This document shows positions 18,173 through 36,041 of a stretch of 64,000 nucleotides of DNA, in pieces (the stretch's first letter is position 1; the number at the start of each line of letters is the position of its first letter). The notes below the pieces were generated by a model, which was not told the origin of the DNA, ran no database searches, and saw only the letters and a program-made list of their open reading frames with translations. Made by a program: the position numbers and the translations under genes. The DNA is from the human T2T-CHM13v2.0 reference genome, Homo sapiens, in the NCBI RefSeq assembly GCF_009914755.1, contig NC_060942.1, one strand, 5' to 3'.

Positions 18173-19571
18173 GTGAGGAAATAAATGAATGGCTTTATAT
18201 GGAGTCCAGTGGAATTCAAGGAGAGCCTTGGTAGTACTATTCCAGGCTCCTTTTTCCACAAAGGAAACTTCTCTGGATGATAAAAAAAATTCCAGTTCAC
18301 TGTAAAATCCAAGTAGGAATAACTTTCATCTGAATAATTTATCTATAGAAATTTAAATCTTAATTTTTCTCCCCAGTGAACAATCCTGTCTTACAATTTC
18401 CTGTTGAATGCTAATCCTGAAAGAGCAACGGGAGGATATTGGGGTGAAACTGGTTTCCAGGGTCAGGTTGAAGACGAGGGTTTTTCTGATTTGAGATTTC
18501 CACGTGAAGAACAAAGAGAAGCTCCTTCTTCTGTCCTTGAGTTGGCCAGGGCACCTGGGCCTATACCGTGAGTCAAAGGAGCTGGTGAAATGCTAAGGGC
18601 TGGGGCCTGGGGTTAGGGGAGGTACAAATTACAGAGAAAGCTGTTTTCTAAGGAAGACTGCTGAAATACCATGTGAGAGTGCCATGGATGGGGGTGGTGG
18701 GGGAAAGGAGCCTTTTATGGACATAGATAAACCCTTGGGTAGACACTAGTTGTAAAGGGTGCTGAGCAGTTTCTGGCTTGTGCCTAAACCAGTCAAGATG
18801 TCAAACAGTAGCATAACAAAACATGTTTTCATTAGAGATGAGGATTTAAATTAGAAAATATACCCATGTTGGTCCAAAAAAAGAAAAAAAAAAGAAGAAA
18901 ACAAGTGCTTTTCTTTTCCTTAAGTAAAACTCTACTTTTCAATGTTGTGATTTCATAGTGTCTAATAATATTACTAAATAAATGTCAGACTGTGTCTCAC
19001 TCATGCCTGCAACACTGCATCTTTCATCTTTTCATAAAAGACTAACTGCTGTTAAAATTTATAGTTTCCTATAAATAGTACCCTTGGTTTCTGTGTCTAT
19101 ATTATACTTGGAAAAGATCTGACTTTTTACCAGACTGACCAGATGTTTTATGACAAATAGACACAGTTAGATTTTTAATTACCCACTAAGTAAGGTATTT
19201 AGCAACTAGACAGTTGGCCCCAATCTATAAAATGTTATACTTGCAGAGAACAATTTCTGTTAATAACTGAGATGCCTTCCCAATTTATTTGTTCTCAGTT
19301 TATATTTTCTCATTAGTCTTTCTTCACATTCATTGCAATTGTCAGTTATCTTATCAAATAATAATCCATATGAATTAAATATTTTTAATCATTGACTCTA
19401 AACATAGGGATAGAATAACTGCATGGATAGTTTAATATGCATCTCTAGGCATGGATAAATTTATGAGGAAAAGAAATTCGAGTTAATGTTTATGTGTATT
19501 TATATTTACAAATATAAACATGTAAATGGCATGTGGATCCTAGCATTCCTCTGTCATATAACCATTCACAC

Positions 19572-20298
<727 letters not shown>

Positions 20299-21229
20299 CA
20301 TACCAATCCCATGTTACACCTCTCTTTTGAGGATTACGTAAAACGTAATGTAGGATTCCATTTTGCCCTCTTTCTCCTCATTGTCTGCTCTACCACCCCA
20401 TCCTGCTCACACTTGCTATGGTTGATTTCTTGGTACCTTCAAGGCAAAAGGTGGGTTGGGCTATTAGGAATGCAGCTGTTCCATTGGCTCCACTCCATGC
20501 TGACGTGTGATGATGGAGCAGCTCGGTTCTCTGGGAAGTGGACTGGCCATGACCTTGGATGACTTGGAGGAATGGGGTGGGGCAGGCTTCTTTTTTTGGT
20601 CCTTTCAACAGTGGAGGACATCTTATTTGAATACTCAGATGCCAGAAAGAGATCTGACTCTAAAATAACATTTCTTACTCTACAGTTTTACTCAGTTGAA
20701 ATTTGAATTTGGAAATAATTTGGCACTGCTACTATTGGGGAAAATTTCATTTTTCTGAAAGCATAACACATTAGTGGGAAGAACATGAATCTGCACCAAG
20801 AGAGGCCTACTGCCCGTTAGCTACACAGACACCAAGGGCCAGGTGTTTAACTTCAGGTCTCAGCCTCCTAGGGAGCAAGGGAGATCAAATGGTCTATTAG
20901 TTAGCTGTCCACTGATTCAGGGTAGTCTCCTTGTGGGTCTGGATCATGTCTTGAGCCCCCTGACATGCATCTTCTAGACATAGACTTGAAAACACGGATT
21001 GGACTAAACTGAGTTATTATTATGGAGAGAGAAAACAGTATCTCTATAATTTCTTTAGGATTAAGCTGAGTGATCTGTATAATACTGATTGTTTAAAAAT
21101 CCTAAGGGAGACTATTGCTGCAATTGTGAGAGCAGAAAAAAATACTTTTCAGTGTAGACACACTCAGGTAGCTGTTTATTGAAGTAAGCATACTGAGGTA
21201 GTTACGTGGAACTGAGAGGCAATTTGGCA

Positions 21230-21445
21230 TAGTTAGAAGAGTATGTTGAAGCCACATATACCCAGTTTTGAACACCCTTCTGAATCACCATGACTGAGGG
21301 ACAGTGAGTGGTTATCTGACATCTCTGAGCATTATTAGTCTTCTCATCTGCAAAATGGAGATAATAATAGATTAGATTCAATGCATGTAAGGCATTCTGC
21401 ACAGCATTTGACCTCGGAAGGAAATACAAATATAGTAACTATTTT
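21230..21445 (+). mobile_element. MIR SINE
   Basis: MIR core ttctcatctgcaaaatggagataataatag. Confidence 0.75.
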
Positions 21446-21764
21446 AAAGCTTCATTCTATGAAAGGGTGACTAAATTTTCTTATAAAAATATTCATTGCA
21501 CAAGTTTGGATTAAATATACATGCTTATCATATGTGTCAAGTTAAATCTTGAGCAAAAGCCAAAATAAAATCAATGAGCTTCCTAACTTAGAATAAATGC
21601 TTTTGGGGAGAGGCTACTTTCCTAAGTTGGATGTGAGTTGAGAGAGGAAATCTGTGAGCTTGTTGCTAAAAATCTCTTTTTTCCTCCATTTAAAAGAAGA
21701 ACTTCTGGGGTTCTCATGGACTACAGTGAACTAGAAGGCTTGTTTCTGAATTCATTAAACCACG

Positions 21765-22238
21765 TGATACAGTTTTTAAAATGCTTTCTTGACTCGGTTT
21801 TGAGGCCCTGGCTAGAGGCCAGTCAGTCCCTCTCCTTAGGTAGCTGATTAAGTCTACTTCCCAACCCCCTCTCCGATTGGGCTGTCAGACTCTGGGCCAC
21901 CATCTACCTGCCCTAATCACCCCAGGCCCGGTACCAGACAGCTAGGGACAGCCTCTATGCCTCAGAGGCCCCTGAAATTATTCAAACCAGTCAATGCTAA
22001 GCTTGCTTACCCTGAATCACCTGTTCCTTCCTACAGAAACCACAGTAAAGGTTGTCTTCCCCTCCCTCTGTTTTGTGACTGACCCTGCTGATTCTCTGTG
22101 TGTCCCCACATGCGGGTGGCATGATATTTACTCCGTCTTTTGGGAACTCTAAGTAGAATAATTTACCTTTTCAATGACAGTTGTTTCCTGATCTGTTGGC
22201 CTTAACATACCAAAAGTAATAATGAATCCATTAAAACA
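21765..22238. mobile_element. ERVL solo LTR (MER74-like)
   Basis: TG...CA ends. cttgactcggttttgaggccctggctagaggcc and cctgatctgttggccttaacataccaaaag recall MER74. Confidence 0.65.
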
Positions 22239-23769
22239 CCAACTGTAGAATGGAGATTAATAACAGCCCTTAATTTTTTCATGGTATTTTGATACAAAAA
22301 GATTTTTCTAATGCATGCAGATGTTGATGGTTGAATATCTAAAGGAGCACGCTATACAATGTATGCCTGTCTGCCTCCTAGAGTAAGCACTAAATCAAAC
22401 TCTAGCATTTTATTTTACTTTTTATTTCATAATGCTGAATTGAAAACCAGAGTTTACACTGAAGTAAAAACGACAATTGAAAAAGAAAAAGCAACAAAAT
22501 CCAGGATCCTGGAGATTCCCCTATTCCCACTCTCTGCCATTCTCTCCTTATAATAACTTATATCACATGAAGAGTTGTTCCAACACCACTGGAATTCTGT
22601 GCTCACCTGAAATGCCATGTGTTTGTGGAGGGACCTAAATTACTATTTCTAGGAGATCTACAATTTTTAATCTTCTCCTCTGGCTGAGTTTAACATTTTG
22701 ATGTTAATATGGTAATGAAATGAGTCGATACGTCTACATTGGATTAACAAAGAACCAATTTTGGGATGAAAATCCTCCACAATTGGAGCCACTGACATGT
22801 TGACTTTACATTTCCACTACTAAAAAGAGTTTTCTCCAACCTCAGCCGTTGTAAGCTCTGGCATTTCCATTTTTTATTTTAAAGAATTGGAATAGGAATA
22901 TTTGATTACCTAGCTATTGGTATTCCTTATGATGGTAGCAGTTCTGGAGCTTGATATTTGTCTTTGAAATCAACAAGTATTTTCTTTCCCAAGGTTGTTC
23001 CTTCATTTTAAGCTATAACAATATGTTTATGTTATCATGTGTGCAAATTTATTTTTGTGTTAAAAGTATTCTAAAGAGATTAGACAATTGAAATCTTTTT
23101 GGAATTTTAATGCAATTCTTATCAGAAAACTTGCATTTACTTTCCTGCAAATGAGGTTTTATCATATCAAATGTCTTCAGGATCTCTAGTTTTCTTTGCA
23201 GATAATTGCAACAGGTGGATGTATTTATAGTTAGTTTACAACAGCACATTTTTAGTATGGTGATACTCAAGATACTACTTAACCAGTAAGAATAATGACT
23301 AACAGTGAGTATTGAGGGTCAGGTTGCTTGGGTTGTAGAGCTGGCTTTAGATCTAACTAGCTTACCTTGGGCAAGATACTAAACTGTGCTTCAATCCACT
23401 CAATAGATGTTGAAAGCATAAGATATGTTTGCCATATTTATTATGTTTCTAGGATATGATGCAGTGTCTTATAGAAAATTTAGTATGTTCTCAGTAGGGG
23501 AAAAATTATGCTAAGCTAGTACTACTTCAAATATTATGTAATTATTTATGTAATTTGAAGCCTATTAAAAATTTCTGTCACATTTTCTTTCTGATGTTTC
23601 AGTATTTGTCTTTATTGTAAAAGATAAGGCAAAGGAATTTTTATTTTTAAAGAAAAATGTCACAGCAAGATTACCTTGAAGTAAATTTATGCAGTATATA
23701 AAATCTAAAAAATTAGATCCTATTTAGAATAAAAGCCAGTATAAATATAAAAATAATAAAAACAGTGTC

Positions 23770-24330
23770 ACTATTCTTGAGGAAATATTCACTGAACACT
23801 TACTGTGTACTAGGCATCACTCTCTGTACATTTTACAGATGATCTCATTTGATTATCACCCCAGCTAAGCAAATGCAACTGGTCTGTTAATATATTTTAT
23901 AATGGTGAAAATCGAGGCCTGGAAGGGGTAGGTAGTGATATGGTTTGGCTGTGTCCCCACCCAAATCTCATCTTGAATTTCCACTTGTTGTGGGAGGGAC
24001 CCTGTGGGGGGTGATTGAATTATGGGGGTGGGTCTTTTCTGCACTGTTATTGTGATGGTGAGCGGGTCTCACAAGATCTGATGGTTTCAGAAATGGGAGT
24101 TCCCCTGCACAAGCTCTCTTTTTGCCTGCTGCCATCCCTGTAAGACGTGACTTACTCCTCCTTGCCTTCTACCCTGATTGTGAGGCCTCCCCAGCCATGT
24201 GGAACTGTAAGTCTGTGAAACCTCTTTCTTTTGTAAATTGCCCAGTCTCGGGTATATCTTTATCAGCAGTGTGAGAACGGACTAATATAGGTAGTTTTCC
24301 CAGGTCACACACTGAGTAAGTGATGGAGCC
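23770..24330 (-). mobile_element. MIR relic split by THE1
   Basis: attcactgaacacttactgtgt...aaaatcgaggcctggaagggg | ccaggtcacacact. Confidence 0.65.
23936..24289 (+). mobile_element. MaLR solo LTR THE1B-like
   Basis: tgatatggtttggctgtgtccccacccaaatctc...ggactaatata. Perfect TSD ggtag at 23931-23935 and 24290-24294. Confidence 0.93.
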
Positions 24331-24332
24331 TT

Positions 24333-24642
24333 GTTTTTTTTTGTTTGTTTTGTTTTGTTTTGTTTGAGTAACAGTCTCACTCTGTCACCCAGGCTGGAGT
24401 GAGGTGATATATTCATAACTCACTGCAATCTTGACCTCTTGGGCTCAAATGATCCCCCCACTTAAGCTTCCTGAGTAGCTGAGACTACAGGCGCATGCCA
24501 CCACACCTAGCTAATTTTTAATTTTTGTAGAGATGGAGTCTTGCTATGTTGCCAGGCTGGTCTCAAACTCCTGGTCTCAAGAGATCCTCCCACCTCACCT
24601 TCCCAAATGCTAGAATTACAGGCATGAGCCACCTTGCCTGGC
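24333..24642 (-). mobile_element. Alu (AluJ)
   Basis: Diverged dimer with AluJ-type ttgacctcttgggctcaa and cttgctatgttgcc; (GTTTT)n tail. Confidence 0.9.
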
Positions 24643-27600
24643 AGGAAGCATGTTTTGAACCATGTTTTGAAACCATGTTTTGAGCTGAGCTTTAACCCAC
24701 CTGATGACTAAATATCAAACATACATCAATTCAGCAAATGCTGATGACATGTTTTCCTCAGGGTTCTAGAAATTTTCATGATGCCCTCAGAGACTTTAAT
24801 ATATGTGTTTACCCTTAAGGTTCTTAAAGACTTTAGAATCTGTCATGTAAAATGTAATATTTTATTTTATTAAATTGCTGAAATAATACACACATTTCCT
24901 TTATAAGATGTGCAGGGACCCGTCTCCTCTACGGGGCTTATAGTCCAATACTAATAATAATATTAAAATATCTTGTAATTATAGTAATTATCTACCAGTA
25001 TCATTTTAACTTGAAATAGTAAATTCAAATAGACTTGTCTGTTACTTACATTTGGATTGCCTGCTTGGATTCTTAGTTATGAAAAGCAGAGACATAAAAG
25101 CTCTTTGTATGGCTGTGGGAGAACAGAAGTGAGGGTGGTTTTGTTCACACAGTACCTGTATGTTTTTATTCTGGGGACACTAAGGATAAGAGAAACTAAG
25201 CACTTGAGGGGATACCGGGGGAGAAGCACTAAAATGCGTTTCTACTTGAGCTGGAAAAAGTCTTTTCCTTTTCCCTAAGAATTTTCTAGGGCAGTGCTTC
25301 TGATTTAGATATGACAAAATCCTGGGCTTGTCATCTAGTAGAAGCTTTTTTCCCCCTTGTTTTGTATTTCCTATGTTTATGTGAGAATTCATGTTGATAA
25401 ATATATTTTTAATCTTAGCAGGAAGCAGATTTGGCATTAAATAATGTTAAGGTAAAAACTTTTTGGAAAATAAATCATTATTTTGATTATGCTCCAGATT
25501 TCCTGATAGGAACACAATCACTTGAAAATATTCAATATAGTAAAAGGAATACAAATTATTATTGGGAGCATTTTATTAGACTCTCAATTTCCTGATTGTG
25601 TCACTATTCTTGAGAGAATACCATACATGAAAAGAACAGTGTGATTTCAAAGATTTATCAAGACTTTTGTTCTGAGAATACTCAAATGATTTTTTCTGGT
25701 CAAGTAAATACTTTATGACATAGTTAAAAATAACTTTTGGAAAATACTAATATAGGGTTTGAAATGCAAATTACACTCAAGGCCATAATCTATGGGGCTT
25801 GGTTCTACAAGAGTTATTTTACAGGAGTTTTTATTTCCATCTATCAGGTGCTATTCCCTATATAGTTTCCATATTGCAGTCGTTTCTTTACAGCTATGAC
25901 AGAACACAATGTCAAACTCAACTGATGATCTCAAAGTCCCCATGGACCACAGCCATGTATGGACAGGAAAGACATACATTTTTGTGTCACGGGGTAATGA
26001 GCATCTTTCTTTCCACCTGCAATTTGCACTTCGTTTTTTGTTTGCCTGTTGATCCCAAACAATTATTTCCACATGACATTCTCTCTCTTTCATAGGGCTC
26101 TTTATTTCGCCCTCCCACCCCCGCCCAACTTGGCAGCCCAGGATGAGGATGGAAATTTGAAATGAACATGAGAATAGAATTCCAGCTCGGTGACACAGAA
26201 AAATAAGGATGAAGGGAAATGATGAGCTCCGTTTTAATGTATTATTTAGAAACCTCTCACTGCTGACATGAAGCTGTTCTGAGTACCGACAAGGTGTGAC
26301 AACAGGAAGTGCAACGATGGGCAGGTGGGGGATAATTGTGTTAAATAGGCTTTTTTTTTTTTTCTCTCGTATGCCTTTGTGTACTTGCTCGGGGGTCAAA
26401 AAAGAAAAAATAAAAATAAAAAGAGCCCTCTCACCAGAATGACTTATAATTATTACACTGCTCCAGATCATCGTACCTTGTTGGCAGTCGGCTGTTAATT
26501 ATTTGTCTGTCAGGAATCATTCGCTACATGCTTACTGTTTCTTTCCCTTCTTTGTGTGAATGGGAGTTATATTTTATTTTATGAACAATGCTTTTCTGTA
26601 CTATAAGACAAGACACTGAAAACAAGGATGTCTGTTTATACAGCAGGCACATCTGGCTTTCACTGCCAAGATAACAAAGAACGTGGAGGGATATTTTAAA
26701 GCAAGAAGCCATCTTTGCCTATATGATATTGAAAAGATTGGGATTCATTCATTTTGACTGTAAGGATCCCAGGTAATTCCGCAGTATAATTAGAGCAGTT
26801 TCGTGAAAGAGTCTATTGTGCCGATGAAGCCATATCATTTATACAGAGCCTGTAAAATGTATATTTTTAATTAAACAATGGAAACAGGTTATCCCAAGGT
26901 GAAACTGCCTCCAATTTCATTATCTACATTACTTGCTTCTCATTACCCTCTTCTCCTTCATAAAAAATTACTCAGCAGCTAATTTCCTCAAGAATTTGCT
27001 CTGGGAAATTGGGGATTGCTCTTACTTAAGTTTTAGCAGTTAAGGGTTCAAGTGCCCATTCTATTAATGCCCACGTGTAGGACCTGAGGGGAAATGTGGG
27101 CTCTCCATGAATTTACATGTGCTATGTCAGGTCCATAAATGAGGCCTGAGACCATTTGAAGTGGGTGGCCAAGACCACTTTGCTTTGAGGTGTGGTGAGA
27201 GAGACAGTCATCAAAGTGACAGCTTACCAGGTGCTGGCATGTGGGCTTGTGTTTAACATCAAGTAATAAGATCAGGTGCTAAAAGTGGAAATATTAAAGA
27301 AGACAGCACTTCCCCAAGTGATGGAAGAGGAATCCAGATGAGATAAGACTTTTAATAAGGTTAACCTAACCAACTGACGAAGAAAAATTAGAATGAGAAT
27401 AACCGCAAGCTAGTGCAAGGACACTATGATACTTAAATTGAGTGTTTGGTGAAGACATAAGTTGAGAAGAAAGAAAGTCCTTTATAAGGGCTGCCTAGGA
27501 AGCAACCTTTAAAATATTTTAATAACACCATGAAAAGATAGCTATTTTGGGATGCATCAAATCAGAAACTACAAAATAACTTATAATTGTTACTAATGAT

Positions 27601-28483
27601 TTTATTTGCTCAATGCTACTGAAATTTTATGTAACACTGAAGTGTAAAAGACAAATATAAAGTTTGGGGCATTCTACCTTTTCATGCAAGATAGTAAATA
27701 AAAGGGACAACAGCTTCTCTTCATTATTTGCTCCAATTGTGTTCCCACCCAATAATAATGGCTGGAAATGTTCACATAAGAACAGTCCCATGAGATAGTG
27801 GGGGATGATGGTATGGTCACCAGAGATTCATGTAAGAGCTGCTGTTCTGTCCCTGGTTCAGGAGAAATCTGGACATTCAGAGGACATACCTGCTGGTGGT
27901 GAAGTTCTGATTAGTCAAGGGCGAGAATCACCAGAACTCATAATTCTAAGCCAGAAAGCCTTAGAAAGTTGGCTCTAGAGAATGAAGTTTACTCTCAGAG
28001 GATAGAGAATCAGTTAGGAATCTTATAACTTGTTCCCTGACCAAAGCAGTTCTCAATCCCAGCTTTCCTTCCTGGAGGCCTAAAATCATTGTAGTAATCA
28101 ATGTGACAGAACCATCTCAGGTGCACATGTTGAGCTAGAGAATCTAAATTTTCAAGTGATAAATTATTGGAATCAGCTTATTCATATGTCTTAAGCATAG
28201 TTTCTGAAATAATTATATGAAATGATGTTAGTGGTTTTGAAACAATGGATTTCTATGCTTGTAGGAAAATATAAATTAGCATATTTATATATGTCTTAGA
28301 AGTTTCAAAGTTTAGTTTTATTTGCCTCTCTAAGTTTTAGGACTTAATCCTAGTGATAATATCTGTTTTTTTGTTTGTTGGTTGGTTTTAGAAGAAATAT
28401 TGGGTTAAGACTTTTCATCCCAGTCCGTTTTTCCCCCCATTTGGTGATTGTGCTAGTCGCATGTGGGTGTTGGTTCAGTTGGA

Positions 28484-28815
28484 ATTCATTCATTTATTCC
28501 TTTTTCAGACTCATATTGAATGCCACTTTCCAAATACTTGGAAACAGGGATGAATTTAACAGAGCAGGTCTTCAGGGAGTTTACTTTCTAGTAGAAGAAA
28601 TAATCAGAAAACAAATATATACGTAATATAAAGTTGGGTAATAATCCATGCTAGGAAGAAAAACTGGGGCATAGTGAATGACGTGGCCAGGGCAGAGGTG
28701 CTACGTTTGATACTATATTCTTGTCAAGCACTCTGACGATGTGACATTTAAATAGGAACTGGGTGAAGGGAAGAAATAAGGCTTGCAAAGATACAGAGAA
28801 TGGATTTTCTTAGAA
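28484..28815 (-). mobile_element. L2 3' relic
   Basis: attcattcatttattc...atattgaatgcc...gggagtttactttctagt. Confidence 0.65.
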
Positions 28816-30635
28816 GATTATCCTTTAATGTGCTTACTTTAAAATATCATGGCTGTACCCTATTGCTAGTGTCCTTTAGTACATTCTCATGGGTCAGTAT
28901 TTTGTGATTATGTTAATCATATTGGGGACCTATATTGTTAGTTTACATTCTGTAAAGGATAATACATTCCTTAGATGAATGCAGCTTGCAGATTTCTCTC
29001 TAGTTTTGACAGTAGGATATATTCGCTCCTGTTATAACACCTGTGATTTCATTTTCTGGGAGAATGGATCACAAAGAAAGACAGGGGAAAAGTGGCCAGC
29101 ATGGTAGGGGATGTGCGGAAGGTAAAAATTCACATTCTCACATTACAAAGCTTTTAGTTTATTCCCAAATCGTAATTAATCACAAAAACTGGTATGGATT
29201 GTTTGCAGAAGACAGAGTGGGTTAAAAAGGCAGAGAAACATTGCTGTAGCCTCTTTTCAGACAGACAGAAATGTATGCTTTTAGTTTCAGTTTATAAGAA
29301 AACCCTAAACTAATTATCAGCCCCTTGGAAAGTATTGTACTCTTGGAAACATTAGTATTTTATTGCAATTGTATAAATTCTTTAAGAGAAAGTTCCTCAG
29401 TAGTAGCCATGATAGCCTGGCTCAGTGCTGTAGGACTTAGAGAAAAATTGACATACTTTCATGGTAACCATAAGGTAATTCATACAACCAGAAAAAGAGA
29501 CTCACAGTGGCCTGCCATACTTGGGAGTTTACTCTAGAAGCATGTTGTTGGAATTAGTTAAAAGCTTAGGGAAAACACTCTGACTCTTACTTAGTGAGAA
29601 GATGAATCCAAAAAAAAAAAAAAATGGGGGGCAGTTCCAAGATGGCCAAATAGGAACAGCTCCAGTCTACAGCTCCCAGCATGAGTGATGCAGAAGACAG
29701 GTGATTTCTGCATTTCCAACTGAGGTACTGGTTCATCTCACTGGGGCTTGTTGGACAGTGGGTGCAGGACAGTGGGTGCAGCCCACCGAGTGTGAGCCAA
29801 AGCAGGGCGAGGCATCGCCTCACCCAGGAATTCCCTTTCCTAGCCAAGGGAAGGTGTGACGGAAAGTACCTGGAAAATCAGGTCACTCCCACCCTAATAC
29901 TGTGCTTTTCCAATGGTCTTAGCAAACGGCACACCAGGAAATTATATCCCGCGCCTGGCTCAGAGGGTCCCGCGCCCACAGAGCCTTGCTCATTGCTAGC
30001 ACAGCAGTCTGAGATCAAACTGCAAGGCAGCAGCGAGGCTGAGGGAGGGGCACCCACCATTGCTCAGGCTTGAGTAGGTAAACAGAGTGGCCAGGAAGCT
30101 TGAGCTCGGTGGAGCCCACTGTAGCTCAAGGAGGCCTGCCTGCCTCTGTAGACTCCACCTCTGGGGGCAGGGCATAGCCAAACAAAAGGCAGCAGAAACC
30201 TCTGCAAACTTAAATGTCCCTGTCTGACAGCTTTGAAGTGAACAGTGGTTCTCCCAGCATGGAGTTTGAGATCTGAGAACGGACAGACTGCCCCCTCAAG
30301 TGGGTCCCTGACCACCGAGTAGCCTAACTGGGAGGCACCCTCCAGTAGGGGCAGATTGACACCTCACATGGCCGGGTACCACTCTGAGATGAAGCTTCTA
30401 GAGGAACAATCAGGTAGCAACATTTGCTGTTCAGCAATATTCACTGTTCGGCAGCCTCCACTGCTGATACCCAGGCAAACAGGGTCTGGAGTGGACCTCC
30501 AGCAAACTCCAACAGACCTGCAGCTGAGGGTACTGACTGTTAGAAGTAAAACTAACAAACAGAAAGGACATCCACACCAAGACCCCATCTGTACGTCACC
30601 ATCATCAATGACCAAAGGTAGATAAAACCACATAG

Positions 30636-31651
30636 ATGGGGAAAAAACAGAGAAGACAAGCTGAAAATTCTAAAAATCAGAGCACCTCTCCCCCTCCAAA
30701 GGAACACAGCTCCTCGCCAGGAATGGAACCTAGCTGGATGGAGAATGACTTTGATGAGTTGAGAGAAGAAGGCTTCAGACAATCAAACTTCTCCGAGCTA
30801 AAGAAGGAAATTTGAACCCATCGCAAAGAAGCTAAAAACCTTGAAAAAAGATTAGACGAATGGCTAACTAGAATAACCAATGTAGAGAAGTCCTTAAATA
30901 ACCTGATGGAGCTGAAAACCATGGCATGAGAACTACGTGACAAATGCACAAGCTTCAGTAGCTGATTCAATCAACTGGAAGAAAGGGTATCAGTGATTGA
31001 AGATCAAATGAATGAAATGAAGTGAGAAGAGAAGTTTGGAGAAAAAAGAGTAAAGAGAAATGAACAAAGCCTCCAAGAAATATGGGAATATGTGAAAAGA
31101 CCAAATCTACGTCTGATTGGTGTACCTCAAAGTGATGGGGAGAATGGAACCAAGTTAGAAAATACTCTGCAGGATATTATCCAGGAGAACTTCCCCAACC
31201 TAGCAAGGCAGGGCAACATTCAAATTCAGAAAATACAGAGAACGCCACAAAGATACTCCTCAAGAAGAGCAACTCCAAGACACATAATTGTCAGATTCAC
31301 CAAAGTTGAAATGAAGGAAAAAATGTTAAGGGCAGCCAGAGAGAAAGGTCTGGTTACCCACAAAGGGAAGCCCATCAGATTAACAGCAGATCTCTCTGCA
31401 GAAACTCTACAAGCCAGAAGAGAGTGGGGGCCAATATTCAACATTCTTAAAAAAAAGAATTTTCAACCCAGAGTTTCATATCCAGCCAAACTAAGCTTCA
31501 AAGTCAAGGAGAAATAAAATCCTTTACAGACAAGCAAATGCTGAGAGATTTTGTCACCACCAGGCCTGCCCTACAAGAGCTCCTGAAGGAAGCACTACAC
31601 ATGGAAAGGAACAACCAATACCAGCCACTGCAAAAACATGCCAAATTGTAA
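30636..31651 (+). pseudogene. L1 ORF1, disrupted
   Basis: ATG GGG AAA start, several premature TGA stops and a frameshift near 31500. Confidence 0.93.
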
Positions 31652-31714
31652 AGACCCTCGATGCTAGGAAGAAACTGCATCAACTAACGAGCAAAATAAC
31701 TAGCTAACATCATA

Positions 31715-35525
<3,811 letters not shown>

Positions 35526-35877
35526 ACAATGAGAACACTTGGACACTGGAAGGGGTACATCACACACTGGGGCCTGTGTTGGGGTGAGGGGATGAGGAGG
35601 ATAGCATTAGGAGATATATCTAATGTAAATGACGAGTTAATGGGAGCAGCACACCAACATGGCGCATGTATACATATGTAACAAACTTGCGCATTGTGCA
35701 CATGTACCCTAGAACTTAAAGTATAATAAAAAAAAAGGAAATATGCTGTATTTTATATAGAATCCATATGTTTAAAATGATCCAGGCACAAAGACCCATG
35801 TGAGTAAGTCTCGTGATCCAAAATATTTTTTAAGAGTTTTTTTTCACTCGGTTTTAAAAATTAATTAATTAATTTAC

Positions 35878-36041
35878 TTTTTTTTAGAAACAGGGTCTCC
35901 TTATGTCATCCAGGCTGGAGTGCAGTGGTAATTCACAGGCACAAACATAGCGCACCGCAATCTTGAACTCCTGGACTCAAGCACTCTTCCCACCTCAGCC
36001 TCCCAAGTACCTGGGACTACAGGCACATGCAACCATGCCCC
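35878..36041 (-). mobile_element. FAM (fossil Alu monomer, 7SL-derived)
   Basis: Single monomer retaining gtggtaattcacaggcacaaacatagcgcac, the extra 7SL-derived segment absent from dimeric Alu arms. Confidence 0.8.

Noticed and set aside
25851-26471. 206-aa minus-strand ORF in unique sequence
   Set aside because: No recognisable domain, it runs through a homopolymer tract (KKKK), and I see no supporting exon structure. Likely a chance ORF.
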